From Bordetella parapertussis (GTDB lineage Bacteria > Pseudomonadota > Gammaproteobacteria > Burkholderiales > SG8-41), in assembly GCA_945906815.1 (NCBI GenBank), contig CAMDRT010000011.1, forward strand, positions 27,091 to 91,090: a DNA stretch of 64,000 nt, in the 5' to 3' direction. Position 1 is the stretch's first letter. The number at the start of each line of letters is the position of its first letter. The translations under genes were made by a program, and so were the position numbers. Under the pieces are notes generated by a model. That model was given only the letters and a program-made list of their open reading frames with translations. It searched no databases and was not told where the DNA came from. Positions 8,770 through 18,534 of this stretch are shown piece by piece.

Positions 8770-9942
8770 TCACTTCGGCGGATGCCGCTTCACCGCCGCT
8801 TCATTCACCTCCACCCCCCACCCCGGCCGCGAGGACAGCACGAACTCACCGTTTTCAATGACCGGCGGAATATCCACCAGTTCGTCGCGCCACGGCACGG
8901 CGTCTACGTCGGTTTCCATGATGCGAAAATTGGGCACCGACGCACAGAAGTGAGCCGACATAACGCTCGACAGGTGGCCGTAAAAGTTGTGCGGTGCGAC
9001 GTTCATTTCATAGACGTCGGCCATGGCAGCGATTTTGAGCGACTCCATGTAACCGTTCCACACCACATCGATGATCGCCACATCCATGGCGTAATTCTCG
9101 AAAAAAGGTTTGAAGTCGCGCCGCTCGCACAAGGTCTCGCACGAAGCGATCGGTGTTGAGGTGCTGCGGCGGATCAACGCCAGCGACGGCGCATCGTGGA
9201 TGTCCATCTCCAGCCAGGTCATGCCGATAGGCTCAACCGCCTTGGCGATGCGCAAGTAGCCTTCAGTCTTGTAGTTGAAATTCAGATCCATCATGATGCC
9301 CAGCGACGGGCCACCTCCTTCGCGAAACGCATTAGCGGTTTTGAACGCAGCATCCACGATCTCGTTGTTCCAGTTCAGTTCCGGATAACCCTTGCTTGCG
9401 CCAAAGCCCGGACGGTACGACACCAGCCGCTTGCCGTCGTGCATCATCACATTCGTCTTGCATGCGCCAAAGCCGCGGCGTTGGACTTCCTGCGCCAGCT
9501 GCGCCAGATCATCGTAGGTTTCAACGCGGGGCACACCCAGCAGTTCCGGGTAACGCGCGCGATAGCTGCCGCAATGCGACCAGTAGCAGGGAATACGTTT
9601 GCGCACCGCGCCGCCGAACAGGTCATATACCGGCACACCGAGCGCCTTGCCTTTGATATCGAGCAGCGCGTTTTCGATGGCGGCCACGGCCTGCCGGTTG
9701 ATGCCGCCGCGCGATTGCACGGTATGGGTGCGCAGATGACAGTTGATGAGCTCGATGTCGCGAGGGTCTTTGCCGATCACCACCGGTGACAGCGCTTCGA
9801 TCACTGCGCAGAGGCCGGCACTGCCGAAGCTTTCGTTAAATTCCGACCAGCCGATGAGGCCCTCATCGGTCATCACCTTGAGGAACGAGAACGTACGCCA
9901 GCCGGCGTCACAGCGCAGGGTTTCGATGCGGGTTACTTTCAT
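8770..9942 (-). CDS. mandelate racemase/muconate lactonizing enzyme family protein
   Basis: AIENALLDIKGKALGVPVYDLFGG, APHN, RPGWGVEVNE. Confidence 0.9.
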   Translation of the reverse strand: MKVTRIETLRCDAGWRTFSFLKVMTDEGLIGWSEFNESFGSAGLCAVIEALSPVVIGKDPRDIELINCHLRTHTVQSRGGINRQAVAAIENALLDIKGKALGVPVYDLFGGAVRKRIPCYWSHCGSYRARYPELLGVPRVETYDDLAQLAQEVQRRGFGACKTNVMMHDGKRLVSYRPGFGASKGYPELNWNNEIVDAAFKTANAFREGGGPSLGIMMDLNFNYKTEGYLRIAKAVEPIGMTWLEMDIHDAPSLALIRRSTSTPIASCETLCERRDFKPFFENYAMDVAIIDVVWNGYMESLKIAAMADVYEMNVAPHNFYGHLSSVMSAHFCASVPNFRIMETDVDAVPWRDELVDIPPVIENGEFVLSSRPGWGVEVNEAAVKRHPPK

Positions 9943-9969
9943 GGTTTTCTCCGTGGGTTGATGGTGTGA

Positions 9970-11319
9970 TTATTTTGCCGATGGCCGGTAATCATCCGGC
10001 GCACCCGGCGGAATGGGCGGGTGCGCCTTCAGGCTTTGCTGAAATTCCTGGATCAGCACGCGCAGCGGGCGGCGTGCCCAACTGTGTTGCGTGCCGACAT
10101 CGGTTTCTTCTTTCGGATCCCGCGTCAGATTAAACAGCCATGGCGTCTCCAGATGCAGCGGTCCGGTGTTGGGTTCGCTTTCCCACACCACATGCAATTT
10201 CCAGTCGCGCCATTTCGCCGCGCGCAATTCGTCTTTGATGTAATAGACAAAACCTTCGCGCGCGGATTTTTCACTGTTGCCAAAAAAGAAATCGCTCTGA
10301 TCCACGCCATCTATCGGACGATCAACGGGTAATTTCGCGCCCGCGATTTTCGCCAGCGTGGCGTAAAGATCGGTGACATGCACGATCTCGTTCGACACCC
10401 GCGCCGCCGGCGCCCGCCCCGGCCAGCGCAGCATGAACGGCACGCGCAGCGCGCCTTCCATTGCGGTGTGATAGGTGCCGCTCCAGGGGCCGGCCGTGCC
10501 GCGCCAAGGACGGCGAAACTCCGGCCCGTTGTCACTGGCAAAAATAAACAGCGTGTTTTCGTGTAATGAAAAATTATCAATAAAATCAATAAGTTGACCC
10601 ACACGAGCATCCATCTCCAACATCGCGTCAGCAAAGTCGCCGGCACCGCTCTTGCCTTCAAAGTCGCGGTGCGGGAGCGTCGGATAATGCAGTTGCGTGA
10701 GTGGCACGTAAGCGAAAAAGGGTTGCTTCGCACTAACCTGACGCCGCATGAAATCGATGGACCGTTCGATCAGTTGCGCGTCGATTTTGCGGCGCAGTTC
10801 GAGATCATAGACCGCGACATTTTCCGCAGGCTCGCCGCGCCTCGCTTGCATCACATACGGCATGGGCGCCACCGCCGGGTCGTATCCCGGCGTGCTGGTG
10901 AACATGCTTTCATTGGTGGTGCGCGGTATGCCGTACCACTCGTCAAAGCCGCGATCGGTCGGATAACGCCCCGGCCGGTCGCCCAGATGCCATTTGCCGT
11001 AAAGGGCCGTGGCGTAGCCTTGCGCAGATAACAGTTGCGCGAGCGTGATTTCCCATGGCGTGATGCCCTGCGGCAAGCCGGCGGGCACCGATTGCAGCGC
11101 GCCGGTGCGGATCGGATGTCGTCCGGTCATCAGCGCCGAGCGCGTCGGCACGCAGTCGGATTCGACATTAAAATTGGTGAGCCGCAGGCCCTGCGCAGCC
11201 AGTGCGTCGATGCGCGGCGTGGGCGCGCCGCGTAGCACCCCCCCGCCGTAGCACCCCAGTTCGCCCCAGCCGAGGTTGTCGGCGAGCACAAACACAATAT
11301 TGGGGCGAGTGTCGGACAT
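9970..11319 (-). CDS. arylsulfatase (Cys-type, cytoplasmic)
   Basis: RPNIVFVLADNLG, CVPTRSALMTGR (CxPxR), GKWHLG, SDNG. Confidence 0.93.
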   Translation of the reverse strand: MSDTRPNIVFVLADNLGWGELGCYGGGVLRGAPTPRIDALAAQGLRLTNFNVESDCVPTRSALMTGRHPIRTGALQSVPAGLPQGITPWEITLAQLLSAQGYATALYGKWHLGDRPGRYPTDRGFDEWYGIPRTTNESMFTSTPGYDPAVAPMPYVMQARRGEPAENVAVYDLELRRKIDAQLIERSIDFMRRQVSAKQPFFAYVPLTQLHYPTLPHRDFEGKSGAGDFADAMLEMDARVGQLIDFIDNFSLHENTLFIFASDNGPEFRRPWRGTAGPWSGTYHTAMEGALRVPFMLRWPGRAPAARVSNEIVHVTDLYATLAKIAGAKLPVDRPIDGVDQSDFFFGNSEKSAREGFVYYIKDELRAAKWRDWKLHVVWESEPNTGPLHLETPWLFNLTRDPKEETDVGTQHSWARRPLRVLIQEFQQSLKAHPPIPPGAPDDYRPSAK

Positions 11320-11441
11320 GGCGGTTGCTTAAGAAGGAGGGTCGCGGCTAGTATAGCAACTCACGCACGGAGTGCATTGCCAAGTCACCATGCAACCAGG
11401 GTAAATTTGTTCTATGAAATTTATGATGAAAATCAATGACG

Positions 11442-11518
11442 GTAGGGTGGGCACGCTTTTGTGCCCACGCGGATACCAACCCGCGTGGGCAGACGATAAA
11501 CCTGTCCGCCCACCCTAC
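11442..11518. repeat. GTAG-type REP doublet
   Basis: gtagggtgggcacgcttttgtgcccacgcgg ... cgtgggcag...gcccaccctac. Confidence 0.8.
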
Positions 11519-11549
11519 GCTATTCTCTGAGAACAAATTTACCCTGACC

Positions 11550-12392
11550 ATGCAACTCACACCACAGCAACTCGAACAATTCGACCGCGAGGGCTATCTG
11601 TTTTTCCCAAGCCTGTTTACGCCGCCGGAAATCAAAGTTTTACTGGATGAGGTGCCGCGCCTTTACGCGCAACAGCGACCGGAAAACGTGCGCGAGAAAA
11701 CCGGCGGCGTGGTGCGCACCAATTTTGCCGCGCATATGTACAGCAAACCGTTCGCCACCCTTGCACGCCATCCGCGCATGCTCACACCGGTGATGCAGAT
11801 GTACGGCGAGAGCCTCTACATGCATCAATTCAAGATCAACGGCAAAATGGCTTTCGACGGCGACGTGTGGCAGTGGCATCAGGATTACGGCACCTGGGTG
11901 AACGATGACGATATGCCCGAACCGCGCGCGATGAACGTGGCCATTTTTCTCGATACGGTGAACGAATTCAACGGCCCGCTGTTGTTCATCCCCGGCAGCC
12001 ACAAGCGCGGCGTGATTGAGGCTCAGCATGATCTGACAACCACCAGCTATCCGCTGTGGACCATCAACCACGACACCATCACCCAACTGGTCGCGCGCGG
12101 CGGCATCGTCGCGCCCAAAGGGCCGGCGGGCTCGATGATCATGTTCCACTCATGCCTGGTGCATGCCTCCACCTCGAACCTGTCGCCGTGGAATCGCGTC
12201 GCAGTGTATCTGAGCCTGTGCGCCGTATCGAATCACATCCGCCGTTTCAAGCGCCCGGAATACATTGCACATCGTGACTTCACGCCACTGCAATGCCTGC
12301 CCGACGATTGTCTGCTCAAGGATTACGAGGTGCCGCTACCGTGGAAGGAAGGCACGCCGGCAGCGGCTTTGACGCCGGCGTTGACGGCGTAG
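11550..12392 (+). CDS. phytanoyl-CoA dioxygenase family (PhyH) Fe(II)/2OG hydroxylase
   Basis: WQWHQDYG (HxD), PGSHK, FHSCLVHAS; start moved to the ATG at 11550 because the upstream extension is REP sequence. Confidence 0.88.
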   Translation: MQLTPQQLEQFDREGYLFFPSLFTPPEIKVLLDEVPRLYAQQRPENVREKTGGVVRTNFAAHMYSKPFATLARHPRMLTPVMQMYGESLYMHQFKINGKMAFDGDVWQWHQDYGTWVNDDDMPEPRAMNVAIFLDTVNEFNGPLLFIPGSHKRGVIEAQHDLTTTSYPLWTINHDTITQLVARGGIVAPKGPAGSMIMFHSCLVHASTSNLSPWNRVAVYLSLCAVSNHIRRFKRPEYIAHRDFTPLQCLPDDCLLKDYEVPLPWKEGTPAAALTPALTA

Positions 12393-12421
12393 GGAATGAA
12401 CGGGACTCGGGCCCTGACCCA

Positions 12422-12823
12422 TCAGCTGCGGTAGCCCCGCTCGTCCGTAGTCCTGCCGTCGCGGTAATTCACGATGCGCTTGGGGGAGAAATGGGTGCCG
12501 AGCAGACGCATCCGCTGGTCGCCCACCACGCGAAAGGTGTGCGGGGTTTCTGCGGGCATCGCGATGGTGTCGCCGGTTTCAAGGCGCACCTTGCTGTTCT
12601 CCTCGCCTTCGACCCAGGCTTCCGCTGTGCCTTCGAGGATGTGTATGATCTCGATGTAGGGATGGCTATGCATGGTGGCGACGTAGCCGGGCTGGCAGGT
12701 CTGGATACCGGTGCGCACCGGCATCGTGCCTGCGTCGTCGCCGAGCAGCGGCTGATAGAACGAGTCGGGCGCGAACCGCACTATCTCGGACTCGGCAAGA
12801 CGAACCACTTTGATGTCGGCCAT
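12422..12823 (-). CDS. cupin domain protein
   Basis: MHSHPYIEIIHILEG...GDTIAMPAETPH. Confidence 0.85.
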   Translation of the reverse strand: MADIKVVRLAESEIVRFAPDSFYQPLLGDDAGTMPVRTGIQTCQPGYVATMHSHPYIEIIHILEGTAEAWVEGEENSKVRLETGDTIAMPAETPHTFRVVGDQRMRLLGTHFSPKRIVNYRDGRTTDERGYRS

Positions 12824-13014
12824 GGCGTTCCTTGCCTGTGCAGAAAGAGAAATTCAACTGTAGCACAATGCCTTGCACAGCGAACACTACTGCGCGGCGT
12901 GTACGGCGACCATAGCACGCACCATCGACGCGCACTGCCGATAATGTGTGCCGCAAGGATGCTATGGCGGGTAAACTACCGCGCACCAATCGTGAAATGG
13001 TATGGGGAAGTCAC

Positions 13015-13935
13015 ATGACACACAATAAAACCCGCATCGAAGTCAGCAATGCCGTTTTTTCGCTGCCCTATCACGTGGCGCAAGAGGAAGGCTATTTCGC
13101 ACAGGAAGGCTGCGCTGTCGAGCTGGTGCCGGCGGGTTCGGGCCGCAACCGCGACCAGGAGGTGCCCGCACAGCCGCTCGAGGATCATCACGCGGTGACC
13201 TCCTACGGCTGGCATGAGGGCATCGAGAAAGGCGAATTCTGCATGTATCGCGCCTGTGAGTGGGGCCAGATACGCCGCACGCAGGACAGCGCAAACAGCG
13301 CCAAAGTCATCAGCAAACGCGCCGCGGTGGCAACCCAGGCGATCGTGGTGCGCGCCGACTCGCCCTATAACGTGCCGCAGGATTTGCGCGGCAAAACGGT
13401 GGCGGTGAACTTTCACGCGGGATCGCACTACATCACGCTGGCTATGCTCGGCGGCTCGATGAATAAGCAGAGCGAAGTGCGCGCCGTGCACGTGGGCGGC
13501 CCCAAGCAGCGGCTGCGCTTTCTCGAGGAAGGCCGGGTCGAAGCGGCGGCGGTGATGGAGCCGTGGATAACGGTGTCGGCGAAGAAGGGCCTGAAGATCA
13601 TCTGCGAGGCGTTTTATGAAGGCGCCGAAGTCGCCACCCCGGACGTGGATCCGCAGAGGTACGCGGCGATCAACCGCGCCATCATCAAAGCGGTAGCCAA
13701 AATCAATCACAATATACGCCCCTACCTGCATTACATGATGCGCGAAGTGCCGGCGGATATCATGACCCTGAGCGAGGACGATTTTTACTTGCCGCGCTTT
13801 CGCTATGTGTTGCCGCGTCCGTACACGCGCGAGGAATACGAGCACCTGCACGACTGGATGACGCGCTGGGATTTGCTCAAAGCCGACAGCAGTTACGACA
13901 GAATCATCAGCAACAAAATCGCGGCAACAGCGTGA
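13015..13935 (+). CDS. NMT1/SsuA-like periplasmic-binding-fold protein, no signal peptide
   Basis: SLPYHVAQEEGYFAQEG, IVVRADSP..PQDLRGKTVAV, EPWIT. Confidence 0.8.
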   Translation: MTHNKTRIEVSNAVFSLPYHVAQEEGYFAQEGCAVELVPAGSGRNRDQEVPAQPLEDHHAVTSYGWHEGIEKGEFCMYRACEWGQIRRTQDSANSAKVISKRAAVATQAIVVRADSPYNVPQDLRGKTVAVNFHAGSHYITLAMLGGSMNKQSEVRAVHVGGPKQRLRFLEEGRVEAAAVMEPWITVSAKKGLKIICEAFYEGAEVATPDVDPQRYAAINRAIIKAVAKINHNIRPYLHYMMREVPADIMTLSEDDFYLPRFRYVLPRPYTREEYEHLHDWMTRWDLLKADSSYDRIISNKIAATA

Positions 13936-13949
13936 CCTGCGCTGGAAGT

Positions 13950-14060
13950 TGTAGGTTGGGCTGAGCCTGCGAAGCCCAACACGACGGCAGGTTGCGATGC
14001 AGGAGCGCCGGATTACAACCATGACGGTGTTGGGCTTCGCAGGGTCAGCGCCAACCTACA
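13950..14060. repeat. GTAG-type REP doublet
   Basis: tgtaggttgggctgagcctgcgaagcccaacac ... gtgttgggcttcgcagggtcagcgccaacctaca. Confidence 0.85.
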
Positions 14061-14129
14061 TTGCTGTGTATGACGCCATCTGTGTCTATGTGCGACAAAA
14101 AAGTTTGACTTTGCGCTAACGGTCTCTCA

Positions 14130-15686
14130 ATGAATCCATCACGTCCCAACATCCTGCTCATCACCTCCGACCAGCAACGCGCTGACTGCAACGGTTTTGA
14201 GAACAAGAACATCAAGACCCCGCACATCGACCGCCTCGCGCGCGAGGGCACGCGCTTTTCGGCATGCATCACGCCCAATCTGGTGTGCCAGCCGTCGCGC
14301 GCGTCGATACTCACCGGCATGCTGCCGCTGACGCATGGGGTGTGGGACAACGGCGTGGACCTCGATCCGCGCGTGGGTGACAGCGGCTTCGCGGGCACGC
14401 TGGCGCGCGCGGGTTATCAAACTGGCTTTATCGGCAAAGCACATTTTTCGACCAAGTCCACATTTGCGCCTACCGGCACGCCAGAATGCAACAAGAGTCA
14501 GGCAAACTACGGCGCTGACTGGTGCGGGCCCTATATGGGGTTTCAGCATTGTGAGCTGAGCGCGCTGGGCCATCTGCACCGCACGCGTCCGCTGGAACAG
14601 CCGCCGGTGGGGCATTACGAACGCTGGCTCAGTTCACGCGGCGTGGACGCAGAGGGACGCAGCGAGGGCCTCAAACTATGGGCCGCCGAAACGCGTGCCG
14701 GTAGCGGTGCCGCGCAAACCTGGTTTTCCGCGTTGCCGGCAGCGTGGCATTCGAGCACGTGGATCGCTGATCGTGCAATTCACTGGCTCGACAACGCGCA
14801 ACGGAAAGAGCAACCGTTCTGCGCGTGGGTGTCGTTTCCCGATCCGCATCACGCGTTTGACTGTCCTGAGCCGTGGAGCCTGATGTATGACCCGAAGGAC
14901 ATGGTGTTGCCCAAACACCGTACACGCGATCTCGAGCGTAGGCCGTGGTGGCATAAGGCATCGCTTGAGGGCAAACCGCTGCTCGCTGATCCGGAGATGC
15001 TCAAGTTTCGCGCCGAGGGTTCGCGCGTGCCTGACCAGAGCGACGCACAGCTGGCGGAAACGACCGCCAATTATTACGGCATGATTTCGCAGATCGATCA
15101 CAATGTCGGCCGCATCCTGAGCGCACTGGAGTCTTCCGGGGTGGCTGACAATACGCTGGTGATCTACACCACCGATCATGGCGAGTTACTGGGCAATCAC
15201 GGCCTCTATCTCAAAGGGCCGACGCCGTACGAGGACCTGCTGCGGGTGACGATGGTGGTACGCGGGCCGGGGGTGGCAAGCCGGCAACTGGTGGTGGAAC
15301 CGGTATCCACGCTCGATCTCGCGGCAACGTTTTACGAATACGCGGGCGTGGCAAAGCCGGTTGAACTGCAAAGCCGCAGTCTCGCCACGCTGCTGCGCGG
15401 CGGCGCGCAAACCCGCGATGTGGCGTACAGCGAGTGGCATGTGCATCCGTCGCGCTGCGGCGTGGCATTGAAGCTGCGCGTGGTGCGCACTAAAACGCAC
15501 AAATGCACATTCGATCTCGAATCCGGCGCGGGCGAGTTATACGATCTCTACAACGATCCGGGTGAAATGAACAATCTGTTTAACGACCCGGGTTATGCGC
15601 AGATACAGCGCGAATTACACGATATGATGCGCGCGCGGCCCGGCACGATCGCGGCGCCGCTGGCCGAACCCATCGGCATGGCTTGA
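14130..15686 (+). CDS. sulfatase-like hydrolase (choline-sulfatase-like, Cys-type)
   Basis: RPNILLITSDQQR, CQPSRASILTG, DPHH, TTDHGE. Confidence 0.92.
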   Translation: MNPSRPNILLITSDQQRADCNGFENKNIKTPHIDRLAREGTRFSACITPNLVCQPSRASILTGMLPLTHGVWDNGVDLDPRVGDSGFAGTLARAGYQTGFIGKAHFSTKSTFAPTGTPECNKSQANYGADWCGPYMGFQHCELSALGHLHRTRPLEQPPVGHYERWLSSRGVDAEGRSEGLKLWAAETRAGSGAAQTWFSALPAAWHSSTWIADRAIHWLDNAQRKEQPFCAWVSFPDPHHAFDCPEPWSLMYDPKDMVLPKHRTRDLERRPWWHKASLEGKPLLADPEMLKFRAEGSRVPDQSDAQLAETTANYYGMISQIDHNVGRILSALESSGVADNTLVIYTTDHGELLGNHGLYLKGPTPYEDLLRVTMVVRGPGVASRQLVVEPVSTLDLAATFYEYAGVAKPVELQSRSLATLLRGGAQTRDVAYSEWHVHPSRCGVALKLRVVRTKTHKCTFDLESGAGELYDLYNDPGEMNNLFNDPGYAQIQRELHDMMRARPGTIAAPLAEPIGMA

Positions 15687-15718
15687 TTCAGATAGCGGAT
15701 AGTTTCAAGGGAGAACGT

Positions 15719-16684
15719 ATGAAACAGCAGTGCGCGGTTTTGATTTTGTGCCTGTGGGGAATGGCGGCGCCGGCAAGCGCACAAAGCTATCCCAACAAAA
15801 CAATACGCATCCTGGTTGGCTTCGCGCCCGGCGGCTCGACCGATATCGTGGCGCGCTTGATCGCGCAGGAAATGACCAAAAATGTAGGGCAGCAAGTGGT
15901 GGTCGAAAATCGTCCGGGCGCGGGCGGCAACATCGCGGCGGAACTCGCGTCCAAAGCCGCGCCCGATGGTTATACCCTGCATGCCTGCACCACCGGTGTG
16001 TTTGCGATTGCGCCATTCATTTATGCCAAGCTGCCGTACGATCCTGAAAAGGGCCTGGTGCCAGTGACGCAGACCGGCTCGCTGCCGTACATCATCGTCA
16101 TGCATCCGTCGCTGCCGGCGAAAAACGTCACACAGTTCATTGCTCTTGCCAAAGCGCGGCCAGGGCAAATCAACTATGCGTCGTCGGGCGTGGGCACCGC
16201 GTCGCACCTGTCGGCGGCGCTGTTCGCCACGGCCAGCGGCATCAGCATGACGCATGTGCCGTACAAGGGTACCGGTAATGCGATGAGTGATTTGATCGGC
16301 GGGCAGGTGGTGCTGATGTTCGATCAGCCGGTGAGCTCGCTGCCGCATGTACAGGCAGGCAAGCTACGCGTGCTGGGCATCAGCAGCGGCACGCGTTTTT
16401 CAACGCTGAAAGATATTCCGACGATTGCCGAGCAGGGTCTGCCGGGCTTCGAGGCGATTTCGTGGGCGGGCATCTGTGCGCCCGGCGGCACGCCTCGGCC
16501 GCTAGTGGATCGCGTTTACAACGAAGTGGCCAGGGTGCTGAAGGTAGCGGAACTGCGCGAGCGCCTGCTGCGCGACGGCATCGAGCCCATCGGCAGCACG
16601 CCGGAACAATACGCGATACACATCAAAAAAGAAGCCGTGAAGTGGAGCAAGGTGGTGAAGGATAGCGGCGCACGGGTAGATTAA
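15719..16684 (+). CDS. Bug/TctC substrate-binding protein
   Basis: YPNKTIRILVGFAPGGSTD, ENRPGAGG, HVPYKG. Confidence 0.93.
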   Translation: MKQQCAVLILCLWGMAAPASAQSYPNKTIRILVGFAPGGSTDIVARLIAQEMTKNVGQQVVVENRPGAGGNIAAELASKAAPDGYTLHACTTGVFAIAPFIYAKLPYDPEKGLVPVTQTGSLPYIIVMHPSLPAKNVTQFIALAKARPGQINYASSGVGTASHLSAALFATASGISMTHVPYKGTGNAMSDLIGGQVVLMFDQPVSSLPHVQAGKLRVLGISSGTRFSTLKDIPTIAEQGLPGFEAISWAGICAPGGTPRPLVDRVYNEVARVLKVAELRERLLRDGIEPIGSTPEQYAIHIKKEAVKWSKVVKDSGARVD

Positions 16685-16709
16685 AAATTCAGATAACTTA
16701 GGAAATGAA

Positions 16710-17732
16710 ATGTATCGATATCTGTTGGCAAGTTTGATCGCATTATTGGCCGGCTGCGCGAATCAGGCGCCCATCGCCTTAAAACAAATGGGGTCGTTCC
16801 ACATCGGCGGGCGTGAAGTGACGATCTCCGGCAAGCCGGTGAAAGAAGTCTTGTTTACGCCCGGCGGCATACCGGCAAAGATCGATCCGAATGGGGTGTA
16901 TCAGGTGGAGCAGATGTATGTGCAGTATTTCATCCCTCAGCAGCAGCGCGGCACGTTGCCATTGTTGATGTGGCACGGCGGTGGGCTGACCGGCGTCACC
17001 TATGAAACCACACCCGATGGCCGCGAAGGCTGGCTCAATTACTTCATTAAAAAAGGCTGGGCGGTTTACAACTCGGATGCAGTGGAGCGCGGCCGTGCGG
17101 GCTGGGCGATGTATCCCGATGTGTTCAAGGGTGAGCCGCTGTTTTTGACCAAGCAGGATCCGTTCAACCGTTTTCGCATCGGCGCGGGTGCCGGGTCATA
17201 CGACAAGGATCCTGCGAAAATGCGCATGAAGCCCGGTAGTCAGTTTCCGGCCGAGGGCTACGACAATTTCACCAAGCAAGGTGTGCCACGCTGGACCACG
17301 ACCGATGATGCGATCATTCGCGCCTACCTCGAACTGGTGGATAAAGTGTGTCCGTGCGTGGTGCTGATCCACTCGCAATCGGGATCGTTCGGACAAAAGG
17401 TCGCGCAGGCACGTCCCGATAAAGTAAAGGCGCTGGTGCTGGTGGAACCGGCGGCACCGGGCGACGCCAAGCTTGCAGGCAATCTGAAAAATACGCCGAT
17501 ACTGGCGGTGTATGGCGATTACATCGACGAAGACCCGCGCTGGCCCACGATACGCGCCAACGAGTTGAAATTTCTGGAGCAGGTGCGTGTGGCGGGCGGC
17601 AAATACGACGTGGTGAATCTGCCGCAGATCGGTATCAAGGGCAATTCGCACATGATCATGATGGACCGGAACAGTGATCAGGTCGCTGATGTCATTCAGG
17701 CGTGGCTGGTGAAACAGGGCTTGCATCGCTAA
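16710..17732 (+). CDS. alpha/beta-hydrolase (esterase-like) lipoprotein
   Basis: Lipobox LAGC, WHGGG, TPDGREGW, HSQSG nucleophile, GNSHM. Confidence 0.82.
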   Translation: MYRYLLASLIALLAGCANQAPIALKQMGSFHIGGREVTISGKPVKEVLFTPGGIPAKIDPNGVYQVEQMYVQYFIPQQQRGTLPLLMWHGGGLTGVTYETTPDGREGWLNYFIKKGWAVYNSDAVERGRAGWAMYPDVFKGEPLFLTKQDPFNRFRIGAGAGSYDKDPAKMRMKPGSQFPAEGYDNFTKQGVPRWTTTDDAIIRAYLELVDKVCPCVVLIHSQSGSFGQKVAQARPDKVKALVLVEPAAPGDAKLAGNLKNTPILAVYGDYIDEDPRWPTIRANELKFLEQVRVAGGKYDVVNLPQIGIKGNSHMIMMDRNSDQVADVIQAWLVKQGLHR

Positions 17733-18467
17733 ATGAAAGTCGGCCTTTACGTCACTTGCCTCGTCGACCTGATGCGTCCCAGCATCGGCTTTGCGGCACT
17801 GCAGTTGCTGCAAGCGGCAGGTTGCGAAGTCAGCGTGCCCAACACGCAAACTTGTTGCGGCCAGCCGGGTTACAACGCGGGAGACCGCGCGTCGGCGCTG
17901 GCGCTGGCGCGCAAGGTGTTGGATGAATTCGAGGCGTTCGATTACGTGGTTGCGCCCTCGGGTTCGTGCGCAGGGATGATCCGCACGCACTATCCGGATT
18001 TATTCGCGGGGCAGCCCGAAGCCGCGCGTGCGGCGCAGCTTTGTGCACGCACCTATGAGCTGACGGATTTTCTGGTGCGCGTGATGCCATTGGACGTTAC
18101 GACTAAAACCTCATTAAAAACAATAACGTATCACGATTCCTGTGCCGGGCTGCGGGAGCTGGATGTGAAGCTGCAGCCGCGCGCACTGCTGGCAAAAGTC
18201 GAAGGCCTCACGCTCAAAGAAATGGACGAGTGCGAAACCTGTTGCGGTTTCGGTGGAACGTTCGCGGTGAAATACGGCGACATTTCCACCCATATTGCCG
18301 ACCGTAAGTGCGACCACATTGCGAAGTGCGGCGCGGAACACGGCACTGAGGCTGTTGTTCTTGGCGATCTGGGCTGCATGCTGAATATCGAAGGCCGTTT
18401 GCGGCGGCGCGGCGATTTGAAGACGCAAGTGCTGCACGTGGCGGAAGTGCTCGCCGGAGGAGTTTGA
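17733..18467 (+). CDS. LutA/YkgE-like CCG-domain Fe-S protein
   Basis: TCLVD, QTCCGQP, PSGSC, YHDSC, CCGFGGTF, DLGC. Confidence 0.9.
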   Translation: MKVGLYVTCLVDLMRPSIGFAALQLLQAAGCEVSVPNTQTCCGQPGYNAGDRASALALARKVLDEFEAFDYVVAPSGSCAGMIRTHYPDLFAGQPEAARAAQLCARTYELTDFLVRVMPLDVTTKTSLKTITYHDSCAGLRELDVKLQPRALLAKVEGLTLKEMDECETCCGFGGTFAVKYGDISTHIADRKCDHIAKCGAEHGTEAVVLGDLGCMLNIEGRLRRRGDLKTQVLHVAEVLAGGV

Positions 18468-18534
18468 GGCGCATCTCGTCTTTCGATATTCCCGCCAGCA
18501 AGTAAAATCGGTGATCGGATCCTGGAGTAGCGAA

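Noticed and set aside
11550-12392. Ectoine hydroxylase EctD
   Set aside because: Has WHQDYGTW rather than the EctD WHSDFETWH signature, and no ectABC genes are nearby
12885-12985. Riboswitch or structured leader upstream of the NMT1-like gene
   Set aside because: Some complementarity (tgcgcgg/ccgcgca, ccatagca/tgctatgg), but no TPP, SAM or other known consensus visible; an Rfam scan is needed
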